DNA of 64,000 bases from Dicyema japonicum (taxonomy: Eukaryota; Animalia; Dicyemida): the NCBI GenBank assembly GCA_011109175.1, contig RDEW01000006.1, positions 421,668 through 485,667 of the forward strand, given 5' to 3'. Under the pieces are notes generated by a model. That model saw only the letters and a program-made list of their open reading frames with translations. It did no database searches and was not told the DNA's origin. How positions within the stretch are numbered: position 1 is the first letter of the stretch; the number at the start of each line of letters is the position of its first letter. The translations under genes and the position numbers were made by a program. Shown here piece after piece: positions 51,088-64,000 of the stretch.

Positions 51088-51400
51088 AATAATAGCCTTT
51101 TCACGAGAGCCATAATATTTATAGCTCCGCATAGACAGGACACACACTTTATTTAAGTAAAGAACAGTTAATTTTAACTAATCGTAGAATCAAGGAATGA
51201 TCTTCACTTCTTTTTTTTCTTGTGTGAGTGTCCTTTCTAGACAAACCAATTCCGCAGTGAGTATCCACTAATGACGGCGTCACTCGTCAAACTTTTTTGG
51301 CATCGTAGATGCGTGGAACCTTCCACCAGGTGAACAGCAGCGAGAATCGAACCCGTAACATAAGTCACTTTAGCCCGACACCTAACACTAAGCCAGCCAG
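51088..51400 (-). mobile_element. tRNA-derived SINE copy
   Basis: Reverse complement closely matches 41389-41736; approximate TSD taactcc(c)ta. Confidence 0.9.
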
Positions 51401-51599
51401 ATAACTCCTAGTATTTAATAAAATTAATTTTTGAAGAATTAAGTGATGTTTGTCGGTGATGTACAATTTATTTACCCATTTCGATAATTTGAAATGAATT
51501 ATGGTGGATGAATCATTTGAACCCCTAATAAAATTGTCATATTTAATATATCATTTGGAGCTACACTTTTGGTTGAGGTGGCGACGACGCCTCTATTGC

Positions 51600-51790
51600 A
51601 CTATGTCTTATTCGTATTCCTTACCGACTTCTTCGTTCACTTTGGAATCTTTTAATTGCAGAAGACTTAAACAACCTTACAAGAAACACCAACTGGCATG
51701 CGATCTAACAAAATATGACATCTCTGTCTGCTGTCTACAAGAGACAAAAACGACCGTACAATGAACAGAACTGTTTGGCAGATTCCACAT
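51600..51790 (+). mobile_element. RTE endonuclease N-terminal relic
   Basis: SFNCRRL...KYDISVCCLQETK. Confidence 0.65.
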
Positions 51791-53021
51791 TTTTACTCTC
51801 CCACCGGCCTGCCGACATTAGTTCATCAGGATCTGATTCGCTGTGTTACAATAGTGTGGGCAGCATCTGACATTATTAGCGCGCAACCAACGGAAGATCA
51901 TGGACAGAGCTGACGGAGAGATGATTAGGAATACGGCACAAAGGAAACTTAAACTAATTTTATGTTTTTTCAGGAGTGCTTTTTTAATAATAATAATTTG
52001 AAGCTACATTCTAAGAGTTTCCATCAGCGAGACTTTCTCAATACGCACACGTCCCTTAACACGCCCTTAAGCCTTAACTCAGATTATATCTGGAAGTCTC
52101 TTCAAGACACAAGAAACCTCCCCTTTGTGGAGATTAATCCAAGATTTCCAAAACAAACCCCTAAAGAAAGCTTGGTATGGACACCATCACTTAATTTAGA
52201 CGATTACTTTTATCTTCGTTATTTTATTTCCATGGTTAATAAATTAAGAGTTCCTCAGATACACCATAATTTAACATTTATGTACCCCCGTTCCCTTCGA
52301 GTGATGGAAACTGATAGCTGACAAGAACACCATAGCCAAGAGCGGACACTCCCAGAGATCCAAAAGTGTATTTGGTCTTATTACCCCGGATACACAGATA
52401 TTAATGTCATTAGTTGTATCGCAAAGTTTTCGTTCGCAAAGATCCGGTTGGCTTATCCTAATTCTTGTTGAAGACAGCAACACAACCCACGGCACCACAA
52501 AAAATGAGAAATTATTGAATATCATTCAACTCAATATTAACCCCAAACAACAATATTAGGGACTTTCATAAAGTCATCACTCGAACCCCACAAAATTGTC
52601 ATCAAAAAAAGTCAATCAAACCATAATCTTCCTTGTGATAAATTCAGTTTTACATCGCCGGGAGAGTCCTTAACTGCACACAGGAGTCGATATTGTTGAC
52701 GTGGAAAAAACCAAGAAAATCTCACAACCTGGGATAACATGACATTTTACGTGAATCCCCAATTTCTCAAGTCCAAAATTACTCCGAAAATAGAAAGCAG
52801 ACCACGTGAATAAACTGATGTGATCCGACAATGTAGATTATTCGATCGGGGAATCACAACTCTTTCTGTCATAAACCAGCAAAACTGGCGCATTATCAGT
52901 CAATCTGACCACAGCCACTCTCACTCTGATCTAAAGAATCCTCAAATCTGCAACAGACAACACAACCATGAAGTTACGGGAAAAATTCCTTACAAGATAG
53001 CAAAAAACTGTACATTCCGAC

Positions 53022-53258
53022 TGAAGGTTCCACGCATTTACGATGCTTTGGGTTGACGAGTGACGTCATCATCAGTAAACATTTCACTGCAGACCCGGAT
53101 CGTCTACAAAAAAACTCACACCCAACATAAAAAAGAAGTGAAGAGCATTCCTATATTCTCCCTCTACGATTAGTTATAACTGTTTTTTACTTAAGTGTGT
53201 CTCCTGTCTGAAAGGAGCTACAGCTAATAGGCTCTTTGTAAAGTGCAGTATTATTATA
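53022..53258 (+). mobile_element. Diverged, 5'-truncated SINE copy
   Basis: gaaggttccacgcat..gacgagtgacg..aagaagtgaaga..ctacgattagtt core and (att) tail. Confidence 0.8.
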
Positions 53259-53394
53259 TCTTTCTAGGCACAACGATTTACTGTTTAAAATAGATTTCAT
53301 TACATCAACAAACTCTGTGTTATGTTGTAAAGATTACCAATTTGGGTTATAATCTGAAAAGTAAAAGTCATCACCTCAACATAAACAATACAAT

Positions 53395-53690
53395 TCTGTT
53401 ACACATTACAGGCACGTACGCGATGCCAAGATATGACAAAGCATGTGCAACAGGAAAAGGTAACAATCTAATCAACATCGCCCATCTTTTTAGATCCGTT
53501 GCCTATGTTCCGTAGCATTTCTAGATCATCCTCATCTTTAAGGCACTTCCCAATCCTCCTGAGATCTTTATCTAGGATTACCGGCAGTGTTGTCTTTGGC
53601 CGGCCGCCGAAACGCGAAGCCTCTAAGATAAATACTCCTCCATTGCTATGTTGGCAGGGGTTCCCATATCTGTTAAACATGAATTTTGAA
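53395..53690 (-). mobile_element. RTE LINE 3' fragment
   Basis: FGGRPKTTLPVILDKDL (ORF 53468..53680). Confidence 0.8.
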
Positions 53691-53783
53691 AATTAAATAT
53701 TTTTTTGCATATAAATAAACCAAAACATTTTTAGAATGAATAAATATCAGAAATTGCAAAATTATCATTACCAAAACTTTACA

Positions 53784-55091
53784 CACTCGACCCTCGCACA
53801 TTAGCCACATTTTGAAAAATTTTCTTAGAAAAAATCCTAGAAACTGATGCTATTTCGTAGCAGCAGTTTGCTGATAGATTCTAAAACATGCTTCGAAAGA
53901 AAAACAATAAATAATCTTTTACTAAAGAAGGACGCTATTTTGAAAGATTCAAAAAATTATCAACCGTCTTTTAAAACTGCACATAAACCAAAGCTTCCAA
54001 AGCTTAAAGAGAATTTGGTTGAATGGATGGAGGTAGCAGAATCTAAAGGTACTTTTCGAAAAATCAATTTTCTAGGTGGTTTTCTGAATGATGCTTTAAT
54101 ATTTACTAAGGGCGCATTTTTTGCGAATGAGTTACAACTCAGTAATTTCAAAAATTCTAATGGATTCTTGGATGAATCAAAAAAAGACACAGAGAAATGA
54201 GAAAAAATAAATCTGTCTACAAAAATACCTTGAGAACGTATCCGAAGAGACGATCAGGAATTATTTCAGAGTTTTAAATAACTCCAATAACAAAATTATT
54301 GAAATTGATATTAATGATACAGCAAACACAAGGACGGACACTTTCGATCCTCTCAAAGTTGAGGATTTTCAAATATTAAATACACGGAAAATGAAACATT
54401 ATTGAAAAAAATTTTTAGAAGATGAAACATTATTGAAAATAAAAAAATTCGGAAAATAGTGTAAAGAATCTGAAAAAATAATACCTGTAGACAAAATGGA
54501 TATTGTAGTTAGATTTACTGCAATAGAGAAGGATCCCTTAGCCAATGTTGAGAATGAACATCAAGTTTCTCCAATTTCATCATAAAAAATTAATTTTATT
54601 TTAATAAAATTATACGTTTTTTGTTTGTTTAAGGAATTAAAAAAATATTTGTTCATTGTTCTTTATAATTATTGATTTTATTTTTTTTCAAATTAGCTAT
54701 TTCTCGAAATTGTGATATGCGCTGGAGGCTATTTGGAAATATCTTAAGTATGGACTTGGGTGCTCCAGCCAACATAGCAATGGAGGATTACGCAGGGACC
54801 GTGTTTTCGTGGACTCCGGCGTATTACACTACCATAAACACTTGACAGAGATCTAAACCTCGTGAACAAAAGTCTAAGAAGTGTGGACGACCTGGACAAG
54901 CTGAGGAAACTGTCTTACGATCGAGGAGGTTGGAAGAGGTTGGTTCGGAAGATTATTTTGAATGCTGCACGTGTGAAATTATAACTATTATGATTTTACG
55001 CACGTTGCTTATAATAATAAATTAGCCATTTCTCAAATTGACCACAAAATTCTAAGGAACCAAAAAATGGACAATTTGCGAGGGTCGACTG
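53784..55091 (+). mobile_element. pogo/Tigger-like transposon relic with a nested RTE 3' fragment (~54720-55020)
   Basis: TIRs CACTCGACCCTCGCA / TGCGAGGGTCGACTG|TA; CENP-B-type HTH LVEWMEVAESKG..FKNSNGFLD. Confidence 0.8.
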
Positions 55092-55649
55092 TATATCTAT
55101 TTCTTAAACATCTGTAAAACATCCGGTAATTCTGTGAGACATTTAATTGACCACACACTACAGAGAATTACTCTCAAGCTAGAGACTAAACGAATGTTGA
55201 ATGTCTTCCTCCGTTTCAACATGTGGATTGAAATCACTACTGTATGTTTACCTCTGTTGGATTACATAGCAAACCAGGAACACTTACTACGACCAACGAC
55301 ATCAATAATACGTTAACAGTATAAAGATCTGTTTTAAGCGTTCTAGCGAGCCCATGTTTTCTCGCTATAACTAAGGAGAGATTCTCCTTTATATTAACAA
55401 GTTAACAAGGGAAAGAAACAGACTCCGTTCCAAGATGAAGCGTATGTGGAATACCGAGATCGCAAAAGAAGATTAAAAAAGACAGAGGTGAATCGACCGA
55501 CTATTCAGAGAAGTGGTGGAACGGAAATGAAGTGAAGAAATTGATAAGCTGGACAGTAGGAATCCAACCATGAACAGAGACCAAATTAGATATTGTTTTA
55601 TTCTGCAAGTTCAATGAGATTCAATAAGTCGGCCGTAAAAACATTATTC

Positions 55650-56300
55650 CTCTAGAACTGGTTATATGTGTCCTAACAATGGAGAATCGTCAGGGACTCT
55701 GAATCCCATACATGACACAATGATGTCCCACAATGTATACACTGTTGCGTGTGAATGCAAGAAAAATGTCCAGGGACATGACCACGTGAGAATTAAACTG
55801 TTTAAAGGAGATTGGAAATTGTTAGTTATTGTTTCGAAACCTGGAAAACCAAAGAAAAGGCCGTTGTATCTCCCGATTAGCTTAATAAGCTCGTTGACCA
55901 AGATAATGGAACGAACAATTTTCCAGATATTATTCTAGCACGTGGAATTAAAAGACCTCTTAAGGATAAAGCAATTTGGTATTTTTCCAGGTCGTTCTTG
56001 CGATCACTGCTCTTTCTATATCAACTCAGATAGCTAAGGCACAGACCTCTGTATCGTCTGCTTTGACATAAGAAACAAATTGTGTGACCCGAGGTCCTCC
56101 TGAGACAAATCAGCTCGTTTTGAGTACCAAAATGTTTATTTGGGCGGTTGAAGGATTTTTACTGAATTTGAAAAACAAGAAATACCCATTTCAAATGGAA
56201 TTATTGGTATCCCATGGTTCCGCCCTGAGCCCCATTCTTAATATTTTTATTCACGCCTTGACCTGCTTTCATATATTAAGCTTATTATAGATTAAACCAA
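55650..56300 (+). mobile_element. Jockey-like RT relic related to RT-A/RT-B
   Basis: KPGKPKKRPLYLPISLISSLTKIMER, KQFGIFPGRSC, SHGSALSP. Confidence 0.7.
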
Positions 56301-57989
56301 CTAGGAGGGATCTCAATGAAGAGTCTATGCCCTCCAAGCCAGGATCCTTGTCATTCGAAAATTTTATTACATATAACTAAATTTCTTTGTAAAAAATACT
56401 TTCATTCAGCACATCAATCGTCTGTCTCCTTCCGAGGAGGAATGGCCAGAGTTTCCTACGTTTCTGCAAGGAGTTAGGAAACCCATTCAGAGAAAGGTGG
56501 CCAACGATGAGGACTCCCAATCGACTAAAGAGGGGCACATCAATAGAATTTTTATGGAAACACAACAGAAAGCACTTCCGGAAATCAATTGGGTCCTTGA
56601 CAGAAGACTCAAGAGTTCGGGAGCCATTGGAGGCTGGGATTACTTAATTAGTTGGAATGACCTTTCTTGTTGGTCTTGGGGTTTTAATAATAAATCATTA
56701 AGTTTAAGGTTATGCGGTATTACTGCGAATTGTCAATTTACTTAATCAATGTCTGCGGTGTTTCAATCAAATGGTCACTAAACCGAGGGTTTTTAGTTTG
56801 CTGATTACAGATGGAATGAGGTTCATTGCTACTGAGGACAACGTAAGGGTTTGTTTGATACATTTTAGAGGGAAAATGTGGCAGTTTCAGAGTTGGGCTT
56901 ATTTTACGCTTAGATTGTTACATGTCAGCTTGGGGAATTCTGATTTCTTGTATGCTTTCACAGTCATTTTAGGGTAGAAATGTTTTGTCAATTAATGGCA
57001 ATCCTCAGAATCATCCTACAATGTTAGGGAGACTGTTTGGTGATGACTTTAGAGTTGACCACCCAAATTATAAAGACTTTCAAAAAAGATGTGAGAAGAG
57101 ACCTGATTTGTTTTAAACCTTTGTTCCTTTTTGATCCGTTAAGAGGTTTCTGCGATTTATCTTAATTCTGTCTGGGGGGTAGACAGCTTATGAAGTCCAG
57201 TACACCTTGTGATATCAGCCGCAATGCTATCAGCGACAGTATTCAAATTTTGATAGAAAATACAGTTTCTGGTTTTGTAATTAAACACCAATTTTCGCAA
57301 CAAAAAATCTTAGGATTCGTTCCGCATATGATACTTCAATGACCATCATGGGTCATACGAGAAATTCCTAGGTAACATAGGGAATGGAATGTTTGATCTC
57401 TCCTGCAGTCGGTATTCAAAAATCAACTCGATCCCACGGAAAACCATACCCTTACTATCCTAGTCTCTTCCAGAGGAGTCAATGTGGAGTAATAGTTTCA
57501 GTGTGATTTCTTTAAAAATCAAGGAATTTTCTCTATTTTTAGGCAGAAATATCGACTTGTCCTGAATAAGGATAGTCCAGTCAAATCCTTTGCAAACAAT
57601 CTTAGGGGAGGGGGACTTTTGGATATCAGACAGTTGGGAGATTCTTAGAAGTAATGATCAACAGATCACGGTAATAACAAACTAATTACACAATCCAGAC
57701 ACGTGATAACAGCAATGAAGTTGTCGGCAAAGATAAAGACTACCTCGTTAGAGTGAATGGTTTTCTTTCGAGCGAGCTAGGTACCCTCTAGGCGTCACAA
57801 ACTTACAGAGCTGATAAACAACATGACGCCGCACTGTTCGTGAATGAATAGCATTTCAAATATTATTAAATATTATCAAATTTCAATAAATTATTTCATT
57901 TTGTTTTTATAGTTGCGTAATTAATATTTAATGAAATATAAAGGTAAAATATGCAAATATATTTAAAATTCAAAGTGCAAAATAAAGCC

Positions 57990-59019
57990 CGCAAATTGTC
58001 GTAGTTGATGCAAATTCAAAATTTTGATTTTTCAAACATGCCACTGGCAAGTACAACGAAAGCTGAAAAAGAAGGGGGTGGAGTTCAATCTTCTGATCAT
58101 GGGTAATCAACATCTTCTAAGCCAGGTCCACCCGGTATCGGAAAGACAACTTTAATAAACAGCGTATTCAATACAGAGCTAACTTCCAAACATTATAACA
58201 GTATTTATCCCTTTAATCGACTAGTTGAGTCAGCTGGATCCATCCAAATGAATGTTGAACGTTGTCAAATGAACAAGGACGGTGTAAATTTACGGTTAAA
58301 CATAATAACTGCTCTTGGATACGCCCAGAAACAGAATAATGGCGAGTTTGACATAAATTTGATCTATTAGCCACCTCCCTGTTCTTCAGTACATCGAGGA
58401 TACCTTTGAGAAGTACATGAAAGACGAATCAGGTCCAAACAGACGGAATATGGTGGATTCAGAGTTCACTGCTGTCTGTACGTCCTGGACCCCTCCTCAG
58501 GGTGCTTTGATTATCACAATTTTCAGCCTTAGTCGACTGGATATCGAGTTCATGAAGAGAGCTTCGTCGATGGTGAACCTAATCCCCGTAATAGGCAAGT
58601 CTGATATGCTCACAGTGAACGAATTGTCGAATTTGAAGAAAAAACCTGAAGAAGCAGTTTGAGGAAATGGAGATTAAGGTGTTTGAGATACAAGTGGATG
58701 AGTCTGATGATCAAGATTACGCTAATCTATGCTCCAAAATGATTGTATTTGTGGGTTTTCACTTTCTAGAAGGCCATTCCCTTTGCAGTGGTCGGATCTA
58801 ATGAGATCATCGACGTAAAGTCAGCGAAACGGCGAGCACGTGCTTATTCTTGGGGGATTGTTGAGATTGAGAACCCTCAGCACTGTGAGTTTGTCCTGTT
58901 GAAGAGTTTTATAATGTAATGTTTGTTGATATTGGAGTACGCAAATGCATGACATGATTGACTCTACTGATGCAGTCCACTATGAGAACTACAGGTGTAA
59001 TAAATTACAGCAAGTATGA
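57990..59019 (+). CDS. Septin without an obvious C-terminal coiled coil, six 22-25 nt introns; a few indels; start uncertain
   Basis: KKGVEFNLLIM|GPPGIGKTTLINSVF, DSRVHCCLY, LDIEFMK, VNLIPVIGKSD, IPFAVVGS, RAYSWGIVEIENPQHCEF, HYENYR. Confidence 0.9.
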
Positions 59020-59889
59020 CTTGCTTCTTAGTTATTTTTTGTTATCGGAAAAATATATTGGGTTAGTTGTGGTTGTTTTGTTAGCCTTCTTAGTTACGAT
59101 TATTAGTAACATTATTAACCCACAGTTCCGATTATGTGATCTGGATAGGATGTGACCCTCTTAGGACTGTCGGAGATGTTGGATGGGTAGGCAGACGGGT
59201 TCTGCTTCCAGATTTTTACTCACCTCGTGCATGTTCAAGAAAAGGAAGACAGGATTCCGCCCATCATGAAGGTAAGTAGACATTGTATCGATAATACGGG
59301 GACTCCTCGACTTTAGTAAGGAAGAGAGTGATCCCTCTTGTATACTTCTTGCATATTATTAGGCCAATGATCCCTTTAGGAATTAAATAGGGCAAAGAAC
59401 TGAAAAGAAATCCATCGACCAAGTAATGAGAATCGAACCTACAACCAACCATAGCTATTTGGTAGAGTACTTTCAAGAAGCAGTGACCATAGTCGATTCA
59501 ATTTTAATCAATATTGTGGTCATACGTTTTTCTTAACAAATAATAGTTAGTGATCAGCTAGTGGCTGGTGGAACGTGGGATTCAGAGGTGGGACTCTTAG
59601 AGGTTATGATCATTTCATCACAATTTGTGAAGGTCATCAGTAATGTCCCTTTTTGAACAATTTTAATTTAATGAAAGAAAATCAATTGTAGTTAATTAGC
59701 ACTAATATGCAATCTGAATTCTTTTCCTCTTTGGGCATTGACCCTCATTATTCTAATAAATTTTGAATTTTAGATTCTAATTGCGTAGATACGATTATAT
59801 ATTTGTTGTTTAATTAGTCCACAGTGAAAACACATAATTATTGCGTTTAAATAAATTTTGTTAAATACTTTATGGAATAATAATAATAA

Positions 59890-61100
59890 CGAGTAAATTA
59901 ACTAATTAAGCGTATTTTGATCCAGATTGTTGGTAATCCCTCTTCTTCTCTTAGAAGAAGAGTGTGCCATAACCTCCCTGTTACTCCGCATCTCCACATC
60001 AGATTCAGTCAAAATATCTCCGTTAGAGTCCAGTGGGCTGTCCTCACGGCATGTCAGTTCCACAAGTTGGGAGGTAGCAGAGGCGTACTCTTCATCGTAT
60101 ACCTTCATCCCATGCTTATGTTCAATGAGCATACTTTCGAGCGTTCTCTTCAGCACAACCGATTGGATGTAAGTCCTCGTTGATTCTTCAATAGATAATT
60201 TATCCATATGATTCTTGAAGCATCTTGAGACAACTCCATCCATGTCAAAACCACTGGAATAATCTTCACTTGGCATTCATAGAGCAGCAAAGTTCGTTTG
60301 CAAGCAAGTCATATTTGTGAAGTTTCTCAACTTCAACTTGCTTTAGTCGGTCTTGTGAGGTAATCCCACTTCAAATAAAGTTACTTCCTTCTTTGTTTTG
60401 TCATACACAAAAATATCAGGTTTATTGTATTGGACTTTTGTTTCTGTCAAAATCGACGTGTCAACTCTAATTTCGACATTTTGATTCGTAAATATTGACT
60501 GAACCGAGTGTCCTTTCAATTTCCTGTTTCTTTTGATTCCATAAATTCGACAAAGATGAAGATGGATGCACTTTACCACTTCATTATGTTTTCGGAGATA
60601 ATCACTATTTAGCATTTTTCCACACTGAGTGGCCAAATGATCAACAGTTTTCTTGCTTTTTTTACAATGGTTGCATAATGACCCCGTGTATGCAAAAAAC
60701 AAATTCCTATCTTGCAAAAGACAGTACAATGCTTCGCTCCGTGGGCCGTTATTTCCTTTGGATAACCATTCTGAGGAAGTATATAGGTCGACATTTGTTT
60801 CATCAATACATTTGAACATAATTGAGTGTAGTGTTCTGCAATAAATTTTATTTAATAAATATTTTTTCTGAGTGTCCTTGAGGGACTTAATATCCATGCT
60901 TTCCCTGTCGGCAATTGCATATTTAGAGGCAAGAAATCCTGCGATTGTAGCCAAGTGCCATTTTTTTGTTTTTATTACTCGCAGAATCCCCGACCTTCGC
61001 AAACACACAGTCGACTGATTTTCCAAACTTTTAAGGAACTGGAAAAGAATTAATTCGCTCTTTAATGAAATCGAGGTAAACAGCCTCCAAATTCACGTGC
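59890..61100 (-). mobile_element. R4/Dong-like RLE non-LTR retrotransposon 3' part
   Basis: ORF 60343..61026 has CNHC..TVDHLATQC (CCHC), HNEVVKCIH, NKPDI and LFEVG, followed by DGVV..YIQSVVLKRTLES. Confidence 0.85.
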
Positions 61101-61514
61101 AATGTTTTCAGACGGGTTGTTGTCACAAGATTTACTGATAGTATTATTGTTTGCAACATAAAGCTTTCTTACTACAATAGGTGACTCATCTTTCCCTAAA
61201 ATTAAGGAGTTCCCACAATGGCGGATACTTGCAAATTCAGTCGAAGGTGCTTATGCCATTTCGACAAAACCTGAAATTTTAGATTTTCTACTGTCAAGTA
61301 GATTTCGCTTAGCAACAATACGATACAGAGACGTATTGATGATATGGCTTTTGATGTGGAAAACGATCTTTGTTTAATACTGAAAAATACTGAATTTAGT
61401 CTACAATTAGTTAATACTTCCTGGAAATGACTCATTATTGCTTGCATATGTACGTTTTGTCAAGGATGGCCGGATTATGCAGGAATTACTTTTTGCTCGA
61501 AAGCTTGAAACGTA

Positions 61515-61785
61515 TGTTATCCAAATTAAGTCGTTTTCGACCCTTGGAGATCTCATGAGCCTATTTTCTCCACTCTCCAAGATCCGTCGCAATTTGGAGT
61601 AGCCTTGATGTAGCATTCCCGTGACGTCTTCTACCGTGGATAGCAACTGAGTCCTCGGTCAGATCTTCTCTTCTCAGTAATATTGCTTAGCATAATACTT
61701 CTTTCCAAGGAATCAGAGCGGACAACATGCCCCAAGAACGCCAATCTGTGTTTTACGATTCTTCCTTCTAGCGAAATGTCCGTTG
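61515..61785 (-). mobile_element. RTE (BovB-like) 3' fragment with TTGAAAC duplicated at its flanks
   Basis: RLAFLGHVVRSDSLERSIML; the hAT frame resumes after it. Confidence 0.7.
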
Positions 61786-62084
61786 AAACTGACACAGGGG
61801 AAATCAATGTTCGACAAAGTCCATGAATTTCTCGGTCTTAAAGATACCATTAACAAATATAGTTGCATGTGCAACTGATGGGGCACCTTCAATGATTAGT
61901 CGCTATCGAGGTTTTATGGAATATTTAAAACAACACGTACCAAATGTAATGACTATTCATTGTGTGATCCATCGACAGCATCTGGTGGCTAAAAATACAA
62001 ATGGTCGTCTACACGACTCTCTCAATACGGTTATTTATGCTAAATTTATTATTATTAATAGCACTTTCGAAGAACCAAAAATGT

Positions 62085-62760
62085 AATTTATTTAATTTAA
62101 GGTTCCGCTTGTGCCGTATTTTTCTTCAGGTTATTCTTTCTCCCACAATTCTCTTAACTAACTTCCTCCATGCTCCACGGTTACTGGCAATTATTCTGAG
62201 CGTATCCAGATCGTTTCCTGTTTTCAGCTTTCGTCCTACATTGGTTAGGTCTTTGTGTAGAACCTCTGGCAAAGTTATGCGAGGTTTTCCACGGAACGAG
62301 GTATTCACTTCTGGGCAGAAATAGTTATCCATTGCTATTTTAGCAGGCGTCATCTGGCTCATCCGAAGGATGTGACTAAATAGACGCCATCTTGATTCTA
62401 GGATATCCAGACTCAATGGTCTTGCATTACATATTTTGTATAGATTCTTGTTTGTAATTTTTTTGGCCAGTTGATGCCAAGCAACAGTCGGAGTTGTTTA
62501 CGATGGAAGGCATCTAGTTTGTCCATTACCGCTTGTGATACTCCCCAGGTTGCAGCGTTGTACATTAGGACCGGTTTCACGAAGGCATTGTATAGTCTTA
62601 CACGTAATTGTGTGCTAATTTGTTTACGATGATTCCAGACTACTCCCATTTTTCTAAAGGCCGCAACGGCCAACATCTTCCTGTTAGTGATATCCTCAGC
62701 GTCTCCGAGCAACGACCCCAATTTTTTACAGTATCTCCATTTTTCATCAGTTCGGGTTAA
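62085..62760 (-). mobile_element. RTE LINE 3' fragment
   Basis: LRVRLYNAFVKPVLMYNAATW, RWRLFSHILR, FRGKPRITLP. Confidence 0.88.
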
Positions 62761-64000
62761 TTCACGGCGTATGGTAGTGTTCTGCTAAATTTAATGAACT
62801 TGAAATTACAATTTGCTGATATTAATTTAATCAAGGTATTATTTTTTAAATTAATTTAGGCAAAGTCACTTACTTCTGCTTTTATTTAGAAACCACCGTT
62901 ATTTTGTAAGAATATCATCAGGAAAGAATTAATTCAATTTACACGTCTCAGCGGTCTTAAAGACTTCCGTTCTGAAGATGATTTCGAAATTTGAACATTT
63001 GATCACTCTTGAACAACATATGAAGGACGTTTCAAAGATTTTGTGAACTCAAAGTTTCAGATTGGGTAATAGACCCCTTACAGAATGTAGATGACGTTGA
63101 ATCTTGTCAAGAGGAACTAATCATGTTAAAACGATTTTGAAATTAAACCCACTTTTAAACATCGGTCCTATCAATATTTTTGGTTACAAAAAGATATTCC
63201 TAAAAATATCCTGTTATGGAAAAAATCAAAATTGTTTTTTATTGCTTTCCCCACTTCTTATTTGGTTGAGAGAGGCTTCAGTATTTTCACAATTACCAAA
63301 AGGAGAAACCGCTTGGACATTGTTGAAAGAGGAGATCTACGAATTAGGATTACAAACATGAACCCAAATATTGAGAAACTTGTGTCTAACTTTTTGCAAC
63401 ATCATTGTTCACATTAATTATTAAATTTTTTATTTCCAACTCGTTACCATATAGGTTTTCCCGGTGGGCGATATTTTTTAAAAGTTTGTTAAAGGGGGCG
63501 ATGACCTGAATAATTTTGGGAACCCCTGGTCTACAGCATGCCAGACAGTTGCTGACTCATAGAGTGAAGTCTGTCGTTGAGAATACAAAAGTCCTGATTA
63601 GGGTTCACATGGCAATCAAAAAAAGTTACTGTACAGCACAATAAGCCAGGACAAGTCACCGCGGACATTACTCACCATTAATGTTCCCAAATAGAGGAGG
63701 TAGAGAAAAAGCAAAAGTACTCCCCGCATAAAGTATTGGGAATAACGCAGCGTGGAACTTCTTATGTGGTAAAATGTATTGTATCATTACTATATTCTAC
63801 AGGGAGAACTTGAGACAGTTGGGGGTGAATACAAATGTCCAATCTGCGCAAACAACTGTGCTTGGGAAAACCCTTGAGCATATCCCTTGACGCACATGAG
63901 TCCTCTCGTGCAGCCTACTGTGAAGAGGACAATTGCAAAAATTTGAATCTTCGGTAAAGGAGCAAGCAAAGACACGTGAGAGGGATTAGTTAATAGCATG

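Larger units (their letters stand above)
61420..63528 (+). mobile_element. hAT (Buster-like) transposon relic with two nested RTE fragments
   Basis: AYVRFV..QELLFARKLE|TD, ACATDGAPSM, IHCVIHRQHL, FPTSYLVERGFS; 3' TIR TTTTGGGAACCCCTG. Confidence 0.85.

Noticed and set aside
57000-57854. Possible gene divergent from the septin (ATG at 57854, minus strand)
   Set aside because: I could not assemble a consistent spliced frame or recognise any domain.

Overview
Eukaryotic (metazoan) nuclear DNA, AT-rich and dominated by decayed, nested transposable elements. Host genes carry uniformly tiny GT-AG introns, about 22-28 nt in those I counted (one candidate is 32 nt). This points to a genome-reduced animal parasite such as a myxozoan or dicyemid (inference). 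Recognisable host genes are a cathepsin L-like protease, three tandem HP1/CBX copies, CD2BP2, RPS29, XPB/ERCC3, a 26/29-kDa-proteinase-like gene, PPP1R37 and a septin. The main structure is an exact 3x tandem array of a ~4.91-kb unit (11524-26270). Its breakpoints fall in a 12-bp identity (TTCAATATATTC) inside the conserved motif of two divergent LINE reverse transcriptases. The duplication produced chimeric RTs and amplified HP1 to three copies, of which one is intact. The left RT donor lies inside a TGT...ACA-bounded, 5-bp-TSD integrase element (Ginger2/TDD-like), and an empty paralogous site for that element is visible at ~2680. Other notable items: a PHD finger in two CRE-like retroelements, a tRNA-derived SINE sharing a covarying 3' stem-loop with RTE LINEs, a tiny intron shared by two pogo transposases, and a cytosine-free 64-bp minisatellite. 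Caveat: many single-base indels in conserved genes sit in homopolymers, which suggests long-read consensus error, so frameshift-based pseudogene calls are provisional. No database searches were run; family names come from motif recognition.
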